DNA of 64,000 nucleotides from Octopus vulgaris (taxonomy: Eukaryota). The stretch covers positions 65,100,001 to 65,164,000 of the forward strand of contig OX597821.1 in NCBI GenBank assembly GCA_951406725.2, given 5' to 3'. Below are positions 55,116-64,000 of the stretch, one piece after another. Every line of letters starts with the position of its first letter. Within the stretch, counting starts at the first letter, position 1. The translations under genes and the position numbers were made by a program. The notes under the pieces are model-generated. The model made no database searches. It saw nothing but the letters and a program-made list of their open reading frames with translations, and had not been told where the DNA came from.

Positions 55116-55367
55116 CAGTGCATCTCAACCGGTGTTTATATGAACCTTGCGAGTCCATATAAAGTTTTGCTGTTAAAATTTATACGCAATAAATTAGTTA
55201 TATTTCCACAATACACACAATAATATATGTTAACATTCTTTTTAAACAATTCCTAATTGTATCTAACTGTAAAAATATAATAGGATTATTTAATGACTGC
55301 GAGGTCCCATCCGTGTAAAATAAGAACCAAAATGTTCCATAGGTAAAAACAGGGTTGAGAACCACAG
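55116..55367. mobile_element. hAT (Charlie-like) MITE
   Basis: TIRs cagtgcatctcaacc / ggttgagaaccacag; 8-bp TSD remnants ctctcaac / gtctaaac. Confidence 0.8.
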
Positions 55368-55749
55368 GTCTAAACGTCTTCAGTTGACAGTCCAGATCGC
55401 AGTCTATCACAATCTGTATAGAGTCTGTTGAAATTGTGGGCACACTATGCTATTCATATCCGCTGACATAGAGTTACTCTAAGAGGATGATGACATGAAT
55501 AGGATGACGTCAATCCTGATTAATATGAGGAAAGGAGAGGAGAAGGAGGAGGAGGGGAAGCAGCAGCAGAATGCTGCTGGCAATGGTTATAACAGGGAAC
55601 AGGAGAGAGGCTGGCCTTGTTGAGTAAGTTAAGCAGTGAAAAGTGCATGAGAGATATAGAGCCCATCGTTAGTGCCTATTTAATTTGATTTGACCGTTAC
55701 GGTTAATCCAGACCTTGAATACTGCCTTTAAGCTTGCCCCTCCTCTTGC

Positions 55750-55784
55750 TCATCACCATCATCATCATCATCATCATTATAATC

Positions 55785-55818
<34 letters not shown>

Positions 55819-56235
55819 CCGTCGTCATCACTGTCATCACCATCATCATCGTCGTCGTCTGTTTCCTCCTCCTCCTCCTCCCCTATCATGATCATCAACA
55901 TCAACGCCATCCTCATCACCATCATCGTCGTCACCGTCATCACTGTCATCATCATCGTCATCGTCGCCGTCTGCTTCATCCCCCTCCTTCCCTATCATGA
56001 TCATCGTCACCACCATCATCACCATCCTCACCACCATCATCATCGGCATCGTCGTCGTCGTTTGCTTCCTCCTCCTCCTCCCCTGTCATCGTCATCATGA
56101 TCATCGTCATCATGATCACGTTCATCATCATCATCATCATCCTCATCATTATCGTCATCATCACCACCTTCATCATCATCCTCATCATCATCATCATCAC
56201 CATCATCACCATCATCATCATCAACATCATCATGA
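55750..56235. repeat. Compound (CAT/CAC/CGT/CCT)n microsatellite with higher-order unit of about 100 bp
   Basis: gtcgtc..tg(c/t)ttc..cctcc..ccct(a/g)tcat..gatcatc recurs three times. Confidence 0.9.
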
Positions 56236-57080
56236 TTTTTTTTTATTTATTTGGCTTTTGTTTTAGTTTCTCAATAGATAAATATATATTTTAGTTTAGT
56301 CTTTCCAGCTTTATTCTTATATATATACTTTTAGTCTTTTAACATTTTGTCTTTATTGTTTTCAGTAATGAAAATTTACTCACATTTTGTCTCTGTCAGC
56401 TTGTAATAAGTTGCTGTAATATAAAATAGGTGATTGTTTCTTTTTTTGTTTTAAATATTTATGTTTGCGTTTCTTTCTACTTTTTAATGGCATTTTTTTG
56501 GCTTGTTTCTTTTTTTTTAATTTATCGTTTACTTATTTTTCTTTCGTTATTTTTCCAGCCTGTCAATTTTTCGAGTAGAAATATAAAAATGTTAAATACA
56601 AAAAATATATCACATAAAAATAAAAGAGGAAAAATACACGAAGAATTCCTGATATTTGTAACTAATTGCGTTCTCTACTTGTTTCTTCGAGATCTCTTCT
56701 CAACTTATCTCTTAACTCTTAGATTCTATTTTAATTCAGCTTTCTCTGTTTCATGCTTTAGTTTCATTTTAATACTCATTCCATTTTATCTGTAATTTTC
56801 TTTTCATATGGTGTGTTTTTTTTTTATTTTCATATCATTAGGTACAGAACATGTCTGTGTGGTTAAGAATTTAAAACCGTCGCTTTAAAAACATGTCGCT
56901 TCGAGATCAGTTCCGTTGCACGGTACGTTGAATGATTTCCACTACAGTCCCGGGTTAACCAATGACTTGTGAGTAAATTTCCAAGATTGAGAGTGTCAGG
57001 AAGCCTACCTGCTTCTCAACCACGCGGTTCCAGATTTAGTTTCACTGCGTGGTGTTGTTGGCAATATAGTTGAACCTATA

Positions 57081-57230
57081 ATGAAACTTATAAATAAGCA
57101 CTTCAATATGAATACGAAATACTCAGAAATCTTTCGCAATAAAATTATAATAGGCCATAGCCTAACTCGCAACCTAGCTACTATCATAGCCTCTATTAAC
57201 AATAAAAAGCTAGATTCCTACGAAACTAGG
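57081..57230 (+). mobile_element. Penelope-like element fragment (RT-to-endonuclease linker)
   Basis: KLINKHFNMNTKYSEIFRNKIIIGHSLTRNLATIIASINNKKL resembles the PLE linker pattern KLIDKHF..KIFN...KxSYS..N...II..HNxKxL. Confidence 0.6.
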
Positions 57231-58451
57231 AACAATAACAATAAAAATCACAACAAACGATCGATTGATATAATAAGTGATCCCCCAAATATATTGCCCT
57301 CTAAAAAGACGGATAACCACCTTATAACCATCTTCATATAACCGTTAAAATAATTGCTGTAATTTAAGCATTAATTGTCAAGTCAGAATTACTTAATATA
57401 CGAGACGAGAAAGATATAACATGCTTACATAAAGATAAATTCTTATTCTCTAATTCTTATGCTCCTAACAAAGAAAGCTGAAATGTAGAAGGTAGACATT
57501 GTCCAAATGCAAAAATAGAGAGAAGATAAGTATTTCCAAATGCGGCCGTAAATCGTTTTAATCTTTATAAAGCATGCAAATTGCAGTAATAGTATAGAAA
57601 GAGATAAAAGCAGATTCTGTTTGTCCGTATTCTTATACATAAGAGGTGGTTATGTTTGACCGTTACATTACTTGGAATCGCAGCAGGTTGCGCCGCCCAA
57701 AAGCTATAGATTTAATTCTCCCACAAAGCAACACCACGACGTGTGCCATCCGGTGGCCAATGGATGAGACAACTGGTTTAAAGGGAGGTAACTGTCAACA
57801 CTCTCATCGGTTTTCCCACCATCACAGATAATTTCCTCATATTCAACACCGGCAGCATGTCTTCTCATAACATTATTTTACCTCTTTCTTTTATCTATTC
57901 ACATCTAGATGTTTCCACCGCACATTTCAAATGACCTAATGTACTTCTATCTCATCTCATCTGTTGTCTTCTACATAATGATTTTTTTCCATTTCTCTTC
58001 TCTCTTGTTTTTTTCATTTCATCTCCTCTCTTCTAGCTCCACTTTCACACATCTGTTCCTATTTCATCTGCTAGCTCATACTTCTCTCCCTTTCTCTCTC
58101 TCTCTCTCCATAAATCATTTGTTCACAGACGATCTACTCTTACAGAAATCTTGTACTTTACTACTCCCAGAGTCTCTGTCTCTTAAATGTTTTCGTCCAG
58201 GTTTCGCCTCTCCACTTCTAGTTATCTAAACATCACACTTTTCCTTTCATATGTTCTCTGTCAGTTCTCTTCTAATCTTCAGACAGCTTCTCAACTCTTT
58301 TCGTTTCTTTTTTTTCTCTTCCTCTTTCAAGATTTGTTATTATTCAGGAATTGTTTGTTTTAACAGCATGAAAATTCATTCCGACCTACATCATCCTTCA
58401 TCCTTCAGCATGCTGCGTTCGTGTTTTATCTTATACATTCTATGTGCCTGC

Positions 58452-58495
<44 letters not shown>

Positions 58496-58590
58496 GTATA
58501 TGTATATATATATGCATATATATATATATAAACATATGTATATAAATAAATATATATATGTGTGTGTATGTATATATATATATATATATG

Positions 58591-58646
<56 letters not shown>

Positions 58647-59651
58647 TGAGTGAATATTTGCTGCATCCCTGTTTATTTTATACACTGTAATGCATGCATG
58701 TATATATGTATACACCTATAAGAATGGTGTGTCTGTGTCTGTGTGTGTATGTATGCATACACACACGTGTTTTTACATACATTAAAATATATATAATTAT
58801 ATCTATGCATGTGTGCTCACGCGCATAGATTTTTGGTAAAGTGCTCTGACTGAAAGGATCGCGTACACAGTAATACTAACGAGTAAAGATTACCTAAAAC
58901 CCAAGAGGCAATGAATAATTACAGCATGGGTTTATATAGTTCCAGTTTATAATCCTAAGGTTACTCAAAATTTCATGTTTTATGTACACCATAATATGTT
59001 TGTTTTACTAACATTAAATGAAATTAAAGAATAAAATTTCTGGAAATTCGAGCGCAAGCAAGCACACACATCAGCAAGCAAAGAACAGGTATTCACGTAA
59101 TAAATCCATCAACGTATACATACCTGTATAAACTATACAATAATGGAGAAAGCAGTTTATTAATTAGTGGGAATTAAGTAACTTTTACTAACATGAAGCA
59201 GCTATTAAAGGTTAGACTGTCTGGAAATAGTTCGAGAGTTTTCGTTAACAAAATGCGATTTTTAAAATTTCTTTTATTACTGAATATTTCAAATGCACGA
59301 TTCAATCACAAATCTTATTCAATGCGACATTTCAATTTACTGAGGAGGAAGCGTTTTTTTTCTATCATCTGTTTAAGTTCACGAAATATAAAGGTTACCC
59401 AAATAATTCCATCGTTACTTTCTATAAATTATAAGCTTAATCCAGAGTCAACGAGATTACGTTGATTCCAGAACTCTTTTACATTCGTCGGGTATCGCTA
59501 CAAGAAATAGAAATCTGCAGAAAAAATTAGTTTGGAGGATAATGCAATATTTCAAGAAATTTCTCCTAAAGAAGTCTTTGCAGAATAGGGAGGACAACAC
59601 TACCACTAATTATTGAATTGATAATTCTTTCATGATCTCATTACATTCATA

Positions 59652-59866
59652 TGGCGGCGAGCTGGCAGAAGTGTTAGCACGTCGTGAAAAATGCTAAGTG
59701 GCGTTTCGTCCGTCTTTACGTTCTGAGTTCAAATTCCACTCGAGGTCGACTTTTCCTTTCATCCTTCCGGGGTCGATGAAATAAGGCCCAATTGAGCATT
59801 GGGTCGATGTAATTGACTAATTCTCTTCCTTCAAGAATTTCAGGCCTTGTGCTTATAGTAGAATGG
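59652..59866 (+). mobile_element. SINE family D monomer, full length
   Basis: ggcggcgagctggcagaa..gttctgagttcaaattcc..tttcaggccttgtgcttatagtagaa. Confidence 0.9.
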
Positions 59867-60463
59867 ATTATATTATCGCATTCATAATCTCGCTCTTTTA
59901 AGTAATCTCAATGGTGTTCTGTCCCGTACGTGGTTATTTACTATGCTAGACATAGCAGGAATCACATGGCTCTCAAAAGCTTTTTTCTTTCTCACATAAT
60001 TGTTATTAAATAATCAAAACTTTTCTTTCTATATTAAATTACCATATAATTGTAACCGAAGCCAACGGAAAGTTATTTGTAGAAAATTTCATTAAATAAT
60101 ACCCTTTCTTTTAAATATGATGAAAAAAAGCATTCAGCATTTACTTGTTTAAGCTACCGTACTGCGGCCATATTGGGGCATCGCTTTGATGGAGGCATAG
60201 TTTCTGATAAAGTTTCCTATTTATTCAATACGTACCTATTGTCAAACTGCCAGGTTAAGAGGACGTGAACAAAGCAAGTCAGGTTGTCAAGCAGCGGAGG
60301 GACAAACACAAATATACACACGTACAACCTAAGGGGCGTTCATTTAAGGTTTCCCCAGACCCACTTCCCAACGACTAAGATAAACGACACTTGGCATAAG
60401 GATTCGTCCTTCTCTACATCGCCACCACCAATGGTAACACATATCTCCCATCGCTTTATGTCG

Positions 60464-60522
<59 letters not shown>

Positions 60523-60715
60523 AGTGTATGTATGTATACGACGAGCTTCCAAACAATTTCGTCTACCAAATACACATGCAATAACCCAGGGCTTAAGTAA
60601 GAGATATTCGATGAAGGTGGTAAACTGTAAAGCTGAATCCGAAACTATATGGTTGTAAAGTGAGTTTCTTAATCACACAGCTATACCTCTGTGTGTATGT
60701 GCATACATATATACA

Positions 60716-60746
<31 letters not shown>

Positions 60747-60789
60747 GTATGCTTGTATGTATGTATGTATGCATATATGTATATTAATA

Positions 60790-60978
60790 GTAATGGTAAG
60801 ATAACAACAGAATGAATGAGACCTCGATATTATGTAAATAGAGGAATTTATCTGTAATATAACATGTGGCTATTATTCGGTTGCCATAATAACACTCCGA
60901 GTTTCGGATGTCGGGACGGAAAACTGCCCCGGCATCTCGTCAGTTATCGAGGCAATCAAAAATGCTATCAAAAAACTA
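60790..60978 (-). mobile_element. HHR-bearing repeat family H1 copy 3
   Basis: Homologous to 6372-6545; within a (TA)/(TATG) microsatellite. Confidence 0.85.
60881..60955 (-). ncRNA. Type I hammerhead motif, canonical CUGACGA core but GUG at the cleavage site
   Basis: Minus strand: ttgcctcgataa CTGACGA gatgccggggcag tttt ccgtcccgacatc c GAAA CTC g GAG TG ttattatggcaa. Confidence 0.75.
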
Positions 60979-61078
60979 TATATATATATGTATAGATGCA
61001 TAGATAATTAGATACATAGATAGATAGATACATGTAAGCCTGCATGAATAAGTATATATAAACTTACATAGATGTGTA

Positions 61079-62030
<952 letters not shown>

Positions 62031-62046
62031 AATGCATACATACGTC

Positions 62047-62245
<199 letters not shown>

Positions 62246-62341
62246 ATATATATATATTTTATATTATTATATATATATATATGTATATATATATATTATA
62301 TATGTATATATATATATATATATATATTATGTATATATATG

Positions 62342-62439
<98 letters not shown>

Positions 62440-63781
62440 AATGTGTGTGTGTGTGTGTATTTATGAGAATATATGAGGATGGTACTTTTTGCCACATGCT
62501 TCTAAAAACTGATATTCATGATGATCAGGATGATCATGATGATGTGTTAGTGGTGGCGGCGGCGATGGTGGTTCTGGTGGTAGTGCTGGTGGTGTTGGTG
62601 GTGGTGATTACGCAGCTGTCGTTTGCAGTTAGTTTACTCGAGCTGACAGTTTTAAACAAGACATACTTTAACCAGGAGGAAAAAAAAAACTAAACAATAC
62701 CCAAAACAAGCAAGCAAAAAATCACAAAACTCAAAATGGAGGTACAAAAAAAAAAAAAAAGAAATGGAAAAAAAAAAAGTAAAATAACAAATACTAAATA
62801 ACATAAAATTACCCAATGAATGCACGAACTATATTTGGTGTCAATGCTGGGGGGCTGAAAGCATGCCGCTAGAATAATTTCAAATTGGCGTTATGTTTTC
62901 AATTATATATTTATGTGCTTTTATTCCTCTGTTTATATATTTCTATTATATCCAAGTTCCTTGCCAGTTTAATTTAAATCCCACCCCGAAATCTACCATT
63001 GTCTTTGCATCCTGCACCCCGCTCCTTTATTGTTCTATGTCCAAATTCAACTGAGACGACGTATTTTTCATTTTAACATTTTTTTTGTGTTTTATTTTCG
63101 TCTTCCAATTTATAATGCTTTCTGCAACAGCAGCCAGCATTAATTTTGGAAAATGTCTGAGAGAGAATACTGAAACAACACATAATTTTTTTTTTTTTGT
63201 TCCTGCAGAGACAGACGATTTTTAGAACACCAACATGCCTATATCTATCTATTTCTTTATTTATCTGCCACCATTCTCCTAACACAAACCTACACACATA
63301 CATCCACACGCGCATATGTACGTATGTATGTATGTCTAAGTAAATGCAAATATATGTGTTTGCTTGTGTGCCTGCACCTGTGTATATGTGTGTATATTTA
63401 TGTATAAGTATACATCCACGTGCATGTATATATACATTTGTGTGTGAGAGAGAGTGAGACAGAGAGAGAGAGGGGGACAAAGTGTGTGTGTATAAGTATG
63501 AAGGCACGTGGTGTAATCGTTAGAGTGTTGTGCTCATGATTGCATGACCACGGTTTCGATTCCCAGGCCGGTGCTACGCGCTGTTTTTGAACAAAGCACT
63601 TCATTTCATGTTGTCGCGGTCGACTCAGCTGTAAATAGATCACAATGTAACAGAATGTGGTCTGTTGAGGTAGAATGTCCACCTGCTCGCCTAGCCAGCG
63701 ATAACAACATCAGATTGTCGATACAGTAAGTGATATACATACATACACGAACACACACACACACACTCACATATGTACATA

Positions 63782-63997
63782 CAATAATCCCTCGCTATAT
63801 CGCGGTTCACCTATCACGGTTTATTATTATATTATTTAAGCTTACGTCGATGCCTCCGTGGTATTGTTTTCAATTTATGATCAAATAACTATATACAAAT
63901 TAAACATATACAGTACAGTCCTGTTTCTATTTCGCAGATCTTCACCTATCGCAGGGTGTTGCAGAACGTAACATCCGCGATAGTCGAGGGATTACTG
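63782..63997. mobile_element. pogo/Tigger-type MITE, copy 2
   Basis: TIRs caataatccctcgctatatcgcgg / ccgcgatagtcgagggattactg with TA on both sides. Confidence 0.92.
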
Positions 63998-64000
63998 TAT

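Noticed and set aside
55728-56233. Asp/Glu-rich or His-rich protein exon
   Set aside because: All frames are low-complexity products of (CAT)n variants; no supported splice context.
59193-59465. 90-aa ORF as a PLE endonuclease C-terminus
   Set aside because: Only a vague resemblance (KSYS..FNL); the diagnostic Cys/His and LN motifs are not recoverable.

Overview
AT-rich, gene-poor eukaryotic DNA saturated with microsatellites [(TA)n, (TATG)n, (GATA)n, (CA)n, (TAA)n, (GAT)n]. The SINE repertoire and microsatellite load suggest a coleoid cephalopod, most likely Octopus (inference from remembered repeat sequences, not a search). I can support no host protein-coding exon, and almost all ORFs in the track are translated simple repeats. 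Identifiable content: many tRNA-derived SINEs of at least four families; an R4/Dong-type RLE retrotransposon in (TAA)n; a CR1-group RT fragment; Tx1/L1-like ORF1 and 3'-end fragments; two Penelope-like (PLE) fragments; two mariner relics; pogo/Tigger, hAT and other MITEs; and a Helentron-type HINE. The main signal is about nine type I hammerhead ribozyme (HHR) motifs of about six sequence types, three to four with near-canonical cores. Most have palindromic stem III loops and sit in short non-coding elements abutting (TA)n, several sharing a 3'-terminal hairpin module or forming inverted duplications. This looks like a population of non-autonomous PLE-related or retrozyme-like ribozyme elements. 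A second signal is a SINE whose 3' tail matches a Tx1-like LINE end and which repeatedly rejoins one fixed site in its own head. All coordinates were read by eye and may be off by a few bases.
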